Positions 28,430-37,850 of a stretch of 64,000 nt of DNA are shown here, piece by piece. Under the pieces are notes generated by a model. The model did not search any database and was not told the origin of the DNA. It worked only from the letters and a program-made list of their open reading frames with translations. How positions within the stretch are numbered: position 1 is the stretch's first letter; each line of letters opens with the position of its first letter. The DNA lies in IMG/VR virus record IMGVR_UViG_3300044700_000345, positions 16,983 to 80,982 of that record. One strand, written 5' to 3'. The stretch is from a virus. A program made the translations under genes and the position numbers.

Positions 28430-28933
28430 ATGACTGTTGACTTGAGCACTTGTGTACCAGGGCAAAAGATGTATCTTCGCAATGGAGATATTGCTACATA
28501 TATTGGAACAGCGCCATACTCATGTCAAATTGATGATCGTACTTACACGGTAAAAGGAGAATATTGTTTATCTGGACAAGGGCCATTTGATGTTGTAGAA
28601 ATTCTCCCGCTAGAAACAATTGAACCAACTACATCTGACAAACATCCAAGCGTTGCATGGTGGGAGTCATGCCCATGGATTACAGACAGGAAACCCACTC
28701 CTTTGGATGGCGATGTGTATGGAAGAGTATACATAAAATCTAGCAAAAACAAAGTGCTTACATCTAATTGGAGTGAGGTTGGCGCTCATGAGAATTGGAT
28801 TCATCTTTGCGGTTGGCAACCTCCTGTACTTACTGACAAAGAGAAAGCATTGGAATTGTTAAACAAACATGAAGGTGTTTGGACACCCACACTACGTGAA
28901 TGGAATGTTATCCGTAAAGGATTAACAGAGTAA
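28430..28933 (+). CDS. Hypothetical protein, paralog of 25516-25893
   Basis: Shared N-terminal domain; 'WITDRKPTPLDGD' segment. Confidence 0.6.
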   Translation: MTVDLSTCVPGQKMYLRNGDIATYIGTAPYSCQIDDRTYTVKGEYCLSGQGPFDVVEILPLETIEPTTSDKHPSVAWWESCPWITDRKPTPLDGDVYGRVYIKSSKNKVLTSNWSEVGAHENWIHLCGWQPPVLTDKEKALELLNKHEGVWTPTLREWNVIRKGLTE

Positions 28934-29107
28934 CTAAATGATTAACTTCATGTGTGCAAGCATTGCTTGCTTAAGTCAATACCTTGGGACTGGTTTAATT
29001 ATGTACCAAGGGCAGAATCAAATTTTGTATCAACGTGCACACCAATTGTACTATTGTGAACGGCAAGATTATGTTTATCGTTGCGACACTGATGCTGCCA
29101 AAATACG

Positions 29108-29572
29108 TTACCAATAACGAGCCTGTGGTAAACGCATAGCATTGATCTCAGCTTGTGCAGCAGCATCACGAGGGTCAACCATTTGAGGTTGGCTTAAAAA
29201 CTGTTGCATGTTTACTGGCTGAATAGACTGTGGACTGTTAAGTTTTGTATCAAACTTTAGGTTGACTTGTGGTTCAGTACTCCCACCAGGAGTAGTGTAG
29301 ATACCGCCTGACAAATCAAACATGCCTTTACCTATAGATGCATTTTGATTTGCAGCATCAATGCCAAATCTAAATCCATTGTTAGCATTGCCAACAATGG
29401 AACCACGAGGATCTATTGTTACAGTCCCAGTGGGATCTTCAAAATTAAATGGTTGACTAACTGCCATGTTAACTAAAGGATTGTTGATTCGTTTATTAAA
29501 TTCAGTAGATGCAACACCAATTCCTTGGTTGACACTATTAAGTAAATTTTGAAATGCTTCTGGACCTGGCAT
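29108..29572 (-). CDS. Late-type hypothetical protein (antisense insert)
   Basis: 154 aa, composition like virion genes; TGaTAGACT -10 box upstream. Confidence 0.55.
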   Translation of the reverse strand: MPGPEAFQNLLNSVNQGIGVASTEFNKRINNPLVNMAVSQPFNFEDPTGTVTIDPRGSIVGNANNGFRFGIDAANQNASIGKGMFDLSGGIYTTPGGSTEPQVNLKFDTKLNSPQSIQPVNMQQFLSQPQMVDPRDAAAQAEINAMRLPQARYW

Positions 29573-29590
29573 ACATCTAATGTTTTAAGT

Positions 29591-29987
29591 AGTCTATCAC
29601 CGGGTTTTGTCAGATAACTACTGACCAACTCTTACCAATCTGTATTGTTTATTGGCGGCAAACGATTTAATACTTCAGCTGGAAGAGATGGAATTGGTCT
29701 TGCTGACGGATAATGTTGAGAATTAAACAAGTTTAATTTATTAATTGTGTCTTGATCGTACGCAAGATCAATCATTGCTTGGTTTTGTTGTGCTTCAGTA
29801 GATCTTGGATTGCTTAAAATCTTTAATGATTGATCTATTCCTTCTTGCATTGTTAATACAGGAATGCTTGGTGATTGATTTAGTCCTTCTTGTATTTTAC
29901 GATTGTATTTGCCGGCCAGTTCCATGCTAAAGTCTTAAGGCTTTAATCAGTCTATCACCGGGTTCTGTCAGATAACTACTGACCAAC
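29591..29987. repeat. 39-bp direct repeat (29591-29629 and 29949-29987) flanking a gene
   Basis: agtctatcaccgggtt(t/c)tgtcagataactactgaccaac, one mismatch. Confidence 0.9.
29632..29925 (-). CDS. LAGKY-motif protein
   Basis: MELAGKYN... Confidence 0.55.
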   Translation of the reverse strand: MELAGKYNRKIQEGLNQSPSIPVLTMQEGIDQSLKILSNPRSTEAQQNQAMIDLAYDQDTINKLNLFNSQHYPSARPIPSLPAEVLNRLPPINNTDW

Positions 29988-30058
29988 CCCCCACACCCCC
30001 GTAAAGATCTACCAGGGAAACCTTTAATCTTTATAGGACTATCCCATTGAATTGACAC

Positions 30059-30385
30059 ATGATTACTTCAAGACTATTCCTTCTCACACTAACTGTTCTA
30101 AGCTGTGTACCAGCACAAGCAAGACCAGTGGTTGCTACTGTTTATCACCAATATTATGACGGTAGACCAGCATATTGCGGTGGAATTTACAGTGATAACA
30201 AGGTGAGTGCTGCACATCCTTGGTTGCCATGCGGCACACGAGTTACTGTGCAACACAAAGGTAGGTCATTGGTTGTTCCAATCACAGATCGATGTGAGTG
30301 TGACAGCATTGACCTAAGCTATCGAGCTGCCAAGATACTGGGTGTTCCAGTGGATGGCATTGCTCGTGTACACATTCATTACTAA
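30059..30385 (+). CDS. RlpA-like double-psi beta-barrel lytic transglycosylase
   Basis: Signal peptide; 'SAAHPWLPCGTRVTV...VPITDR...IDLSYRAAKILG'. Confidence 0.85.
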   Translation: MITSRLFLLTLTVLSCVPAQARPVVATVYHQYYDGRPAYCGGIYSDNKVSAAHPWLPCGTRVTVQHKGRSLVVPITDRCECDSIDLSYRAAKILGVPVDGIARVHIHY

Positions 30386-30392
30386 ACACATC

Positions 30393-30686
30393 ATGCATCA
30401 ACTCTATTTTGTTCCACGTGTACTCATCAATCGTGATGGTACCAAGCGAGTGATCCAAGCTGACACCGAGGTTAAGCTTCAGTTGATAACAAATACTCTA
30501 AAGGATATGTTCCTAGAACCTGGTTTAAATGTTGTACAGCGAGATTATTTAGATGCCGCAATAGAAGCGTTAGATGTTGCATTATCATGCTTTGGTGATC
30601 CAGGTGATAGCTTTGGCGAACCACCTGTCACCTTAGATGAGATGCATACTGCTGCATGGCAGCAACATCAGGAGATGCACAGCTAG
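30393..30686 (+). CDS. Hypothetical protein
   Basis: C-terminal 'GEPPVTLDEMHTAAWQQHQEMHS'. Confidence 0.55.
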   Translation: MHQLYFVPRVLINRDGTKRVIQADTEVKLQLITNTLKDMFLEPGLNVVQRDYLDAAIEALDVALSCFGDPGDSFGEPPVTLDEMHTAAWQQHQEMHS

Positions 30687-30866
30687 TATATGCACGGAGC
30701 GAAGAACAACTTCGATAGCTCCATACTTCAGGGCACTGTAGTTTTTGAAGTTTCCTACAGTGGGTAACAGATCAGCCCTGCCGGTCGCTCCGGTGGGGCT
30801 GCTCCCTGCTGCTGTGCTACCATTGACAGTGTCGATAGCTTCAACACACACATTACAATTCAACAC

Positions 30867-31076
30867 ATGACCAGTCCACAGCTACCAAAGATTCCTGATT
30901 CAGTTGATCAACAACTACTTGAAGCAATGCACTACATTGCCAAGTTAAAAGAGTCAGCTGATAAGTTTGGTATTGGATTCATTGGGGGCTTTATTGCCCC
31001 CAATGGAGAGAAGTTTGTAATGACAAACATGGATGAAGATGACCAAGAACTACTCATGCCTGAGCATCTGAAATGA
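30867..31076 (+). CDS. Hypothetical protein
   Basis: 69-aa ORF with AC-rich leader. Confidence 0.55.
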   Translation: MTSPQLPKIPDSVDQQLLEAMHYIAKLKESADKFGIGFIGGFIAPNGEKFVMTNMDEDDQELLMPEHLK

Positions 31077-31426
31077 CTGACCAACAACACCCGATCACCC
31101 CACCGCCTGAATTGGTGGAGAAGTGGGTGGAAAATTGGCACTCCACCCCAGGACTTCCTGACTGCCGCTATGAGTACATCGCCACCCGCGCCGCCCAATG
31201 GGGTGCCGACCAGGAGCTGGAGGCGTGTATCGAGTGGTTTGACAATCAGTCTCTGGTCTATCACCGTGACCTTGAAGAAGAACTCCGCGCCGCCCGCCGC
31301 CCCAAGCCAGCAACGCTGAACAGTATTGCCTTGCAAATGCTGGGCACTATTGAGCGCGACGCTCACTACCTGCCCGAGATTACTGACACTATCCGCCGTG
31401 CCCTGGAGGCCCTGCCCAATGACTGA
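31073..31426 (+). CDS. HPITPPPELV-family hypothetical protein (GC-rich module)
   Basis: 'AAQWGADQELEAC...TIRRALEALPND'; paralog at 38467. Confidence 0.65.
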   Translation: MTDQQHPITPPPELVEKWVENWHSTPGLPDCRYEYIATRAAQWGADQELEACIEWFDNQSLVYHRDLEEELRAARRPKPATLNSIALQMLGTIERDAHYLPEITDTIRRALEALPND

Positions 31427-31616
31427 CAAATCACCAATCAACTTTGACAAGACTGTCGCTGGGTTTAACATAACCGAGCGAGGTGTTAGATCATTTACCA
31501 AGTCAATTCAACTTGGTCCATTCCAGATAACACTCAATGCCCGCGACTCAGGAGTCCGGGCATCTGTATCCTTGCCGGGTACAGGACTATCAAAACGTAA
31601 CATCAAATTGTTTTAA
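31419..31616 (+). CDS. DUF4236-like small protein
   Basis: 'SVSLPGTGLS' motif. Confidence 0.5.
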   Translation: MTDKSPINFDKTVAGFNITERGVRSFTKSIQLGPFQITLNARDSGVRASVSLPGTGLSKRNIKLF

Positions 31617-31710
31617 GTATTATGATTGCAACTTTCCTTATTGGTTATCTAGTTGGTTACCTAATTAGGTATCTAACTAAAATTGATCACAAAAAATAAA
31701 AATAACTATA

Positions 31711-31736
31711 CGTCCCAAGCATGACGTTAAACTGCC
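31711..31736 (+). ncRNA. Leader pseudoknot motif copy 4
   Basis: CGTC-CCAAGCAT-GACG-TTAAAC-TGC. Confidence 0.65.
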
Positions 31737-31755
31737 GTCCACCTACTCAACTCAC

Positions 31756-31977
31756 ATGCAAACTATTCACACCGGAACACTAATGGTTGCCTGGACTGCT
31801 AGCTCCAAGATTCAGGATGAGTACATGCGCCTTTGGCAGGATGAACTACAAACTTGGATCAAGTTGTATGACATGCACCCTGCTATTGCTAAGTGTGCAT
31901 ATGACCGGGCAATGAATGCCAAGGGCGGATACGAAGGTACACGCAAAGTTACCAACATACTGTGGGGTATTCACTGA
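31756..31977 (+). CDS. Hypothetical protein
   Basis: ORF 20 nt after motif. Confidence 0.55.
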   Translation: MQTIHTGTLMVAWTASSKIQDEYMRLWQDELQTWIKLYDMHPAIAKCAYDRAMNAKGGYEGTRKVTNILWGIH

Positions 31978-32213
31978 TGGATGTTCTTGAGATTATCAAA
32001 ACACAACTTGATTCAAATGGATACACAATCTTTGCAATGGTTGATGACATGCAGTTGCTTTATCAACAGACTATGTACGAACCTGCTGAGTATTGTCCTG
32101 CAATATGCAAGGCTTATCTACTTGCAGATGACGAAGCTGATCTCCCTACTGGAGACAATGAGTTGCTTGCGTACATTAATGATTGCAATCTGAGCTGGAC
32201 TCAGGTAAGCTGA
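31977..32213 (+). CDS. Acidic hypothetical protein
   Basis: TGATG coupling; 'YEPAEYCPAIC'. Confidence 0.55.
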   Translation: MDVLEIIKTQLDSNGYTIFAMVDDMQLLYQQTMYEPAEYCPAICKAYLLADDEADLPTGDNELLAYINDCNLSWTQVS

Positions 32214-32218
32214 TCATT

Positions 32219-32245
32219 CGTCCTGGTCATGACGTTAAACTGACC
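32219..32245 (+). ncRNA. Leader pseudoknot motif copy 5
   Basis: CGTC-CTGGTCAT-GACG-TTAAAC-TGACC (compensatory GGTCA/TGACC). Confidence 0.7.
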
Positions 32246-32278
32246 TATCAACACACACATCACCCAAGGTTTATTTCA

Positions 32279-32683
32279 ATGTCTTTTCCCACTAACGAAG
32301 TTATCAACTCCTGGTTCCAAGATGCACATACCGCTGCTGTTGCAGCAGGCGGTAGTGTATATGTCATGGAGAAACGCGCAGAGCAAGAGGTAGTTAAAGA
32401 TGTTCTTCGCTGGGCTTATCTAACTATGTTAGATGAACTAGAAGATCTCAACTATCCAACCAGCTCACGTGTTCGCATTCGTGTATATGAAATACTTAAC
32501 AAACTTTACATCACGGATGGTGTTGATGACACTGAAAATGATGAACTAGTAGATGATTACAATGATGAGGCTAGTTTGTTACCAGATGAGGATGAAGATG
32601 AGGAGCCTTCAACAGAAGTAGAACCTACACTAGCTCTTGAAATTATCAATGCTTTAATCAAAGCACTGATCGATAAGAAGTAA
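32279..32683 (+). CDS. Acidic hypothetical protein
   Basis: MSFPTNEV...; start reassigned to the ATG after the motif. Confidence 0.55.
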   Translation: MSFPTNEVINSWFQDAHTAAVAAGGSVYVMEKRAEQEVVKDVLRWAYLTMLDELEDLNYPTSSRVRIRVYEILNKLYITDGVDDTENDELVDDYNDEASLLPDEDEDEEPSTEVEPTLALEIINALIKALIDKK

Positions 32684-32692
32684 ATGCTTGAC

Positions 32693-32722
32693 TGTCCTGA
32701 GCTAAGACATTAAACTGGCTTA
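32693..32722 (+). ncRNA. Leader pseudoknot motif copy 6
   Basis: TGTC-CTGAGCTAA-GACA-TTAAAC-TGGCTTA (compensatory change in stem 1). Confidence 0.7.
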
Positions 32723-32749
32723 ACCCACACAATCACATCACACTCAACC

Positions 32750-34510
32750 ATGGAATTTAGACTCCCAGAAAATCTGCACCACCAACTGCTGGCCTATGAT
32801 CCAGCATTGAAAGCATTGGCCAAGGAAAAGAAAGCTGCCGAGAAACCAGGGGGAGCACGTAAGAAAACCAAGTATCCAATTGGAAACATTAATGATTTGA
32901 TCCCAGCTAATATTGTTGATCCTGCTGTTATGCAGAGAGTAATTGATCAACTTAATTTAAGTGTTGCACCTGAAAAACATCATGTATTTTATACTCATTC
33001 TATCGGTTACGCCGCCGCCTCCAGTTACGCCAACACCTTTCCCAATGAAAGCACTGCAATCAGGCTTCCAATAGCTTCTGTTACAGATAGAAAAGTAAAA
33101 GCTATTCTCTATTACTGGGAATCAGTATGGGTAGCAGCATGGTTTCCTAATGCAGATGAAGATTATCTATATGGGTTTAGCTATGCAATATCAACTACCA
33201 AGGCAGAAAAGAAACGGTGTACGCGAATTTGTTTCAATAGAGCAAGTATGAATTTAGTATTGGCTGATATGGAAACAAGGAAGTATGGACGAGTTGATTA
33301 TCATGTGCACACAGCAACAGTTACTTTAGATACAGTATGTAGCTCAGTTAGTTATCATTGGGATCCATTTAACGTGAACGAATGGTCTGATAAAGGTAAA
33401 CGTGTGAAACGAAATTGTATTAAATTGTTTACAGAAGAAATGAGAACACGCATTCCAGTATGGAAAGATGAATGTGTATTTTCTCGTGTTGATAAGAAAA
33501 TAAATAACTTGGATTATTTGTTTGGTCAAGGCCTGAATATGTTCAGTCATAAAACACCTGAAGAAGCAGATCTTAATTGGGTGCCGACTGCTGCAAATAT
33601 AGGTAACAAAATATGTAAGTACTTAGATATCCCTGTTGTTATCTTTGCAAAACCATTTGTACAAAAGGAATTGCAACTTGCATGCGATGCAGCTATTGAT
33701 ATGTTTAATGATCCTACTGCTACTAATAGTCGCAGTGCACTAAAGCCTATCAAAAGATTCATTGAATACATGGAAGGTATCAGATGGATCCATAGTATTT
33801 GGCCAGATGCGCCTATTGATTACTATCAAACATATAAAGAAGCATTAAGCAGCGTTGACTTTAATAGTTGGGGAATGTCTCATCTTATTAATCATTATAC
33901 AAAAGCTAAGCAATGGGTACAAGACCATATGCCTATTACTTCTATGTTTTTAATTCTTGATAAAACAGTTAGAGAAGAAAGGCTTAAGTTCCATGATATA
34001 GTTACTGGATTAACAATGTATGCTTTACGTGATACATTCACAATGATCAATACTGTATTAGATGCAGGCCAACCACTTGAACCACCTGCACGTTGGCGTC
34101 TCACTGAGTTCCATGATCATGTGCAATCAGAAGCATGGAAGATCAAGAATATAAAACAAGATTTGCCCCAAGATTTATTCCCTAATCCAATTAAGATTAC
34201 TCATCAAGAACACACGTGGACATTCTTACAACCAATGGATACACACCAGCTATCTCAATGGGGACAAGCAGTACGTAACTGTATAGGTACCGGTGGGTAT
34301 GCAGAGGATGTTAAGAAACGTTTACAGTTTATTGTGCTTTGTATGGTAGATGGTAAGCCTAAGTTTACTATTCAGTTGAAACTTAATCATGGCTTGATGT
34401 CTGTACAACAAATTGCTGGTATTGGCAATGCTCGTCTTAATGATGATGAGAAGGCTTTATATACTGACACATTCAGGCAGGCACTGGCTGTCCGCAGTGC
34501 AGTAGAGTAA
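32750..34510 (+). CDS. PcfJ-like domain protein
   Basis: C-terminal 'FHDH...LSQWGQAVRNCIGT.GY...FTIQL...QQIAG..N'. Confidence 0.7.
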   Translation: MEFRLPENLHHQLLAYDPALKALAKEKKAAEKPGGARKKTKYPIGNINDLIPANIVDPAVMQRVIDQLNLSVAPEKHHVFYTHSIGYAAASSYANTFPNESTAIRLPIASVTDRKVKAILYYWESVWVAAWFPNADEDYLYGFSYAISTTKAEKKRCTRICFNRASMNLVLADMETRKYGRVDYHVHTATVTLDTVCSSVSYHWDPFNVNEWSDKGKRVKRNCIKLFTEEMRTRIPVWKDECVFSRVDKKINNLDYLFGQGLNMFSHKTPEEADLNWVPTAANIGNKICKYLDIPVVIFAKPFVQKELQLACDAAIDMFNDPTATNSRSALKPIKRFIEYMEGIRWIHSIWPDAPIDYYQTYKEALSSVDFNSWGMSHLINHYTKAKQWVQDHMPITSMFLILDKTVREERLKFHDIVTGLTMYALRDTFTMINTVLDAGQPLEPPARWRLTEFHDHVQSEAWKIKNIKQDLPQDLFPNPIKITHQEHTWTFLQPMDTHQLSQWGQAVRNCIGTGGYAEDVKKRLQFIVLCMVDGKPKFTIQLKLNHGLMSVQQIAGIGNARLNDDEKALYTDTFRQALAVRSAVE

Positions 34511-34569
34511 GCTCGGCCCTCACAGCCGCTGGCAGTCAGGCTTCCCCTACGTAAGTCCAGCCCTCTACT

Positions 34570-34800
34570 ATGACTGAACATCGTGACATAACACCAGAAG
34601 AAGAAGCATTGCTACAACAAGCATTGCAAAATCTTGGTGCCTACATTACAGAGCAAGGTCAACCCCAGTACATATTGTTTGAGGACAATGATCCTCGCAA
34701 TGAAGATGATTTTGATACATGGGATTATGGTACTGAGCCATTACCTCATGACCACACTTGGCGTTCAACATCAATTGAAATCAAATTCACTGAAGTATAA
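34570..34800 (+). CDS. Acidic hypothetical protein
   Basis: 76-aa ORF. Confidence 0.55.
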   Translation: MTEHRDITPEEEALLQQALQNLGAYITEQGQPQYILFEDNDPRNEDDFDTWDYGTEPLPHDHTWRSTSIEIKFTEV

Positions 34801-34935
34801 TGACAAAAGAACTGCTTGATCAAGCTTATCGGTTTTGCAAAAATCTTGAGAAGCTGTGTTGGCAAATGGCAATGGATCAAAACGAACCATTGTACAACAG
34901 ATACAAACAACTAGAGTATAAATCTTGGGCTCGTT

Positions 34936-35910
34936 ATGAACGGCGTTTTAAAAAGTATCGGTCAAATAATTAACCCTGTTCGCTCTTCTATTACAAAAGA
35001 AGAGTTGTTTAATCAATTGTTTTCTCAAACAAAACAAAAGTTTGCAATTGAACCTGGGCCTATTGTTACAAAACAAAACAACGGTGATTTAACACAAGCC
35101 TTGCAGAAGTCTCAGCAATTTGCTCAACGCACATTGCAGCAACATGTTGATACAGGAGCCTTGGAACTTGATCGTGTTCTTGGATCTATTGGAATTTCTT
35201 CTAACTTATCTGAGACATTAAAGTATCCTACAACTCATTATGTACTTGAGCCAGGTGTTTATTATAAACGCCAACATAAACTTCCAGTAAATCAATCAAG
35301 AGCTACAATGCAATCTCCGGGTGTTATTCAAGAGTTCATTGGATTTAAAGACACACCAATGATGGATTGGGATGTGGCTGGTCCTTACCATGCAGAACGC
35401 AATGCAACTATCAGACATCTTGGGGATGTAGAAGATCGCATTCAAAACTATCTCCAACAAAACCCACAAGCAACCATTAAACTTTACCAATCACCAGGGG
35501 GTTATCGTGCTTTTGATTTAACTACAAGACAATCTCCTATTCAATATAATTCTTCATTTGATTTATTGGATGTTGATCCGGATTATCGTATGATTTCACA
35601 ACAAAAACCAGATGCACTTAAGTATGAAGGAACAATTCCTGTAAATGATACAGAACGATTCAACTCAAGGATTAATCCAAAACTTGGACGGGTTGACTGG
35701 GTTGCTCAACCTATTGCAGAAATTGCTGGAACACAAGCTGTTGTTGATCCAGAAAGCATGCGCCGTGTACGTATGTATCATGATGAACCTATTGAGAGAA
35801 ACTTTTTAAAAGGGCAAGCTCAAGCAGCTGGCCTTGAAAAAGTAACAGAAAATTTACCTACTGCTTCACAATTCTTACAAAAACAAATTCGTTCTTACCT
35901 TGGGTTGTAG
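34936..35910 (+). CDS. Protein with AEP primase-like catalytic motifs
   Basis: 'MMDWD', 'LYQSPGGYRAF', 'DVDPDY', 'FNSRINPK'. Confidence 0.45.
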   Translation: MNGVLKSIGQIINPVRSSITKEELFNQLFSQTKQKFAIEPGPIVTKQNNGDLTQALQKSQQFAQRTLQQHVDTGALELDRVLGSIGISSNLSETLKYPTTHYVLEPGVYYKRQHKLPVNQSRATMQSPGVIQEFIGFKDTPMMDWDVAGPYHAERNATIRHLGDVEDRIQNYLQQNPQATIKLYQSPGGYRAFDLTTRQSPIQYNSSFDLLDVDPDYRMISQQKPDALKYEGTIPVNDTERFNSRINPKLGRVDWVAQPIAEIAGTQAVVDPESMRRVRMYHDEPIERNFLKGQAQAAGLEKVTENLPTASQFLQKQIRSYLGL

Positions 35911-35932
35911 GTTAAACTGTGTGTTTGGTAAT

Positions 35933-36019
35933 GGGGATGTGGTGGAATCGGTAGACACAACAGACTTAAAATCTGTCGGCCGTTAGGCCATGCGAGTTCA
36001 AGTCTCGCCATCCCTACCA
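35933..36019 (+). tRNA. tRNA-Leu (anticodon TAA), CCA encoded
   Basis: GGGGATG/CATCCCT acceptor stem, D-loop GG, ACAGA-CTTAAAA-TCTGT anticodon arm, long variable arm, TTCAAGT T-loop, 3' ACCA. Confidence 0.95.
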
Positions 36020-36035
36020 AACCTACATTCAACTC

Positions 36036-36398
36036 ATGAACATCTTTGCTTGCTTCCAACATCTCATCCCTGAAGTCCATGCATTCAGTGATGAAGACCA
36101 ACGCTACAACTTTGGTGCTACCTGGACAGCAGGTGATGGTCTCAAAGATTATCACAACCTTGAGCTAAGGTATGTACACAATTCAGAACGGCTTGCCCTC
36201 CAAGGGGAACCACAGCCTGACGGAAGCTGGGTCTACAAAGAACCAAGCGGTACCCTCCATCGCATCAGTGCAGAACGTGCAGCTCACTTCATGGAGCAGA
36301 CGCATCAGCATGCAACGGTCATGTGCCAAATGTTAGATAAACTTACAAAAGCTGGGGTCGCTGCTCCAATAGTTGACACGGAAGCTCAGCCTGCGTAA
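36036..36398 (+). CDS. Hypothetical protein
   Basis: 120-aa ORF directly after the tRNA. Confidence 0.6.
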   Translation: MNIFACFQHLIPEVHAFSDEDQRYNFGATWTAGDGLKDYHNLELRYVHNSERLALQGEPQPDGSWVYKEPSGTLHRISAERAAHFMEQTHQHATVMCQMLDKLTKAGVAAPIVDTEAQPA

Positions 36399-36434
36399 GC
36401 TGGCTACAGAATGGTCGTCTGCGTATGAAGCCCC

Positions 36435-36639
36435 GCAGAAGCCTTTGGTTTTCCAAGGGCTTTTGTGCTATATTGATTCAATCACCTAGGCCTCTGCTCT
36501 CGTCAAGTCACGCTTAGGATTTAAGTCCCGCTGCAGCGGGCCGGGAAATTGACCACTCCTGTCAAAGAGCAGAAGCCTTTGGTTTTCCAAGGGCTTTTGT
36601 GCTATATTGATTCAGTCACCTAGGCCTCTGCTCTCGTCA
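36435..36639. repeat. 71-bp direct repeat (36435-36505, 36569-36639) bracketing a structured segment
   Basis: One mismatch (A36481/G36615); each copy contains a TGcTATATT extended -10. Confidence 0.9.
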
Positions 36640-36647
36640 TAGGGTTT

Positions 36648-36672
36648 GCCCCCTGCGCAAGCGGGGGTTTTT
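36648..36672 (+). terminator. Terminator-like hairpin
   Basis: GCCCCCTGC-GCAA-GCGGGGG-T5. Confidence 0.65.
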
Positions 36673-36687
36673 CTTACTTACACAACC

Positions 36688-37005
36688 ATGCCTGAACTCA
36701 CTTCAGTTGATCGTGACTTAGCCAATCAAGTTGTTGCAGTAATTGCAGACGATGATTGGCCTAAGGTACGTGAACATTTCATTGACAAAATCCTTGATGC
36801 AATGCCTACTACAATCATGCAAAGGTTGACTGGTACCAGGGATGACTTTGATCAGGCAGAAAAGTTTCTGTTTGAGTACTACGAACCAACTGAACGCAAC
36901 AAGACTTTAATCTTGGATGCATTTCAAATCCTTGGTACAACACAAACATGTTACATGTTGGATTTAATTCTGCCAAAGGGAAAGGATGAACTGCCGAGCA
37001 TGTAA
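36688..37005 (+). CDS. Hypothetical protein
   Basis: MPELTSVDRD... Confidence 0.55.
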   Translation: MPELTSVDRDLANQVVAVIADDDWPKVREHFIDKILDAMPTTIMQRLTGTRDDFDQAEKFLFEYYEPTERNKTLILDAFQILGTTQTCYMLDLILPKGKDELPSM

Positions 37006-37318
37006 CAGTACCAACACCCGCGTTACATGCACTGAACAAGCAGGCGATGTTACTAATCGGTGGTGTCGTTGTCTTGATTGCAAATCAAAGTTCAAAACTA
37101 TTGAGCGCTATGCAGTTGCTAAACCAATCCCACTTGACCCACATGTATTGCGTGGAGATAAAAATCCAAACGCAAAACTAAATGCAATTCAAGTACAAAC
37201 AGTTAGGCATCTGCATCAGCAAGGATATAGCAATGGACAGATTGCATTAAGACTTAAGATGCACCGCAGTACTATCTGCAAAATTGTCAACTACAAAACC
37301 TACAAGAACATTAAATGA
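36986..37318 (+). CDS. NrdR-like Zn-ribbon plus HTH regulator
   Basis: 'CRAC...TRV...RCLDCKSKFKTIE' and C-terminal HTH 'GYSNGQIALRLKMHRSTI'. Confidence 0.7.
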   Translation: MNCRACNSTNTRVTCTEQAGDVTNRWCRCLDCKSKFKTIERYAVAKPIPLDPHVLRGDKNPNAKLNAIQVQTVRHLHQQGYSNGQIALRLKMHRSTICKIVNYKTYKNIK

Positions 37319-37623
37319 CTCGAAACAAAACAGTGTTTCAAGTTGGTGACCGTGTCGCTGAGCGCCCTAAGAACATGATCTTTTCTGGTCTTAGTACCAA
37401 GGCAAGGCAGACGGCAGCAGCCAACAACCAACAGCGTTATGGTATAGTGACTGGGCTTACCACCAAGGTAAGTACCAGTAAGCAAGTAACAAAGTATGTA
37501 CTTGTGAAGTGGGATCACCTGCAATCAGCAAGTGAGCACAGCCAGTCACGCATCTGTCACATAGCAGATGTGCATTCAATCGTTGCAAACTACCGCACTT
37601 CCCTTGGAGAAATCAACCCATGA
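37315..37623 (+). CDS. SH3-like hypothetical protein
   Basis: 'FQVGDRV...GIVT...VLVKWD'. Confidence 0.55.
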   Translation: MTRNKTVFQVGDRVAERPKNMIFSGLSTKARQTAAANNQQRYGIVTGLTTKVSTSKQVTKYVLVKWDHLQSASEHSQSRICHIADVHSIVANYRTSLGEINP

Positions 37624-37850
37624 CTAATTTATTTGATCTTACAAGTAAAGAATTGTTTAGCTATTCCAAGCCTACGCCTGTGGAATCTACTAAAGAAAAA
37701 CGTACTTATCACATTGAAGTTGATGACAATACTCATTGGGCACTAGTAAGTATTGCTGCTAAACAAAAATTACATCAAGAAGATTTTGTTGAGAATTTAC
37801 TTGTTGGGTTTGTTGAAGAGTGGCGTGCTGTTCATGGGGCAACATCATGA
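37620..37850 (+). CDS. Ribbon-helix-helix-like small protein
   Basis: 'TYHIEVDDNTHWALVSIAAKQ...FVENLL'. Confidence 0.45.
   Translation: MTNLFDLTSKELFSYSKPTPVESTKEKRTYHIEVDDNTHWALVSIAAKQKLHQEDFVENLLVGFVEEWRAVHGATS

Noticed and set aside
35933-36019. tRNA as a prophage attachment site
   Set aside because: No integrase, no duplicated tRNA 3' end, and phage genes on both sides
36506-36568. Pistol-ribozyme resemblance on the minus strand (CTTAAATCCTAAGCGT)
   Set aside because: The P1 loop pseudoknot and P3 could not be built convincingly; kept only as an unclassified structured element
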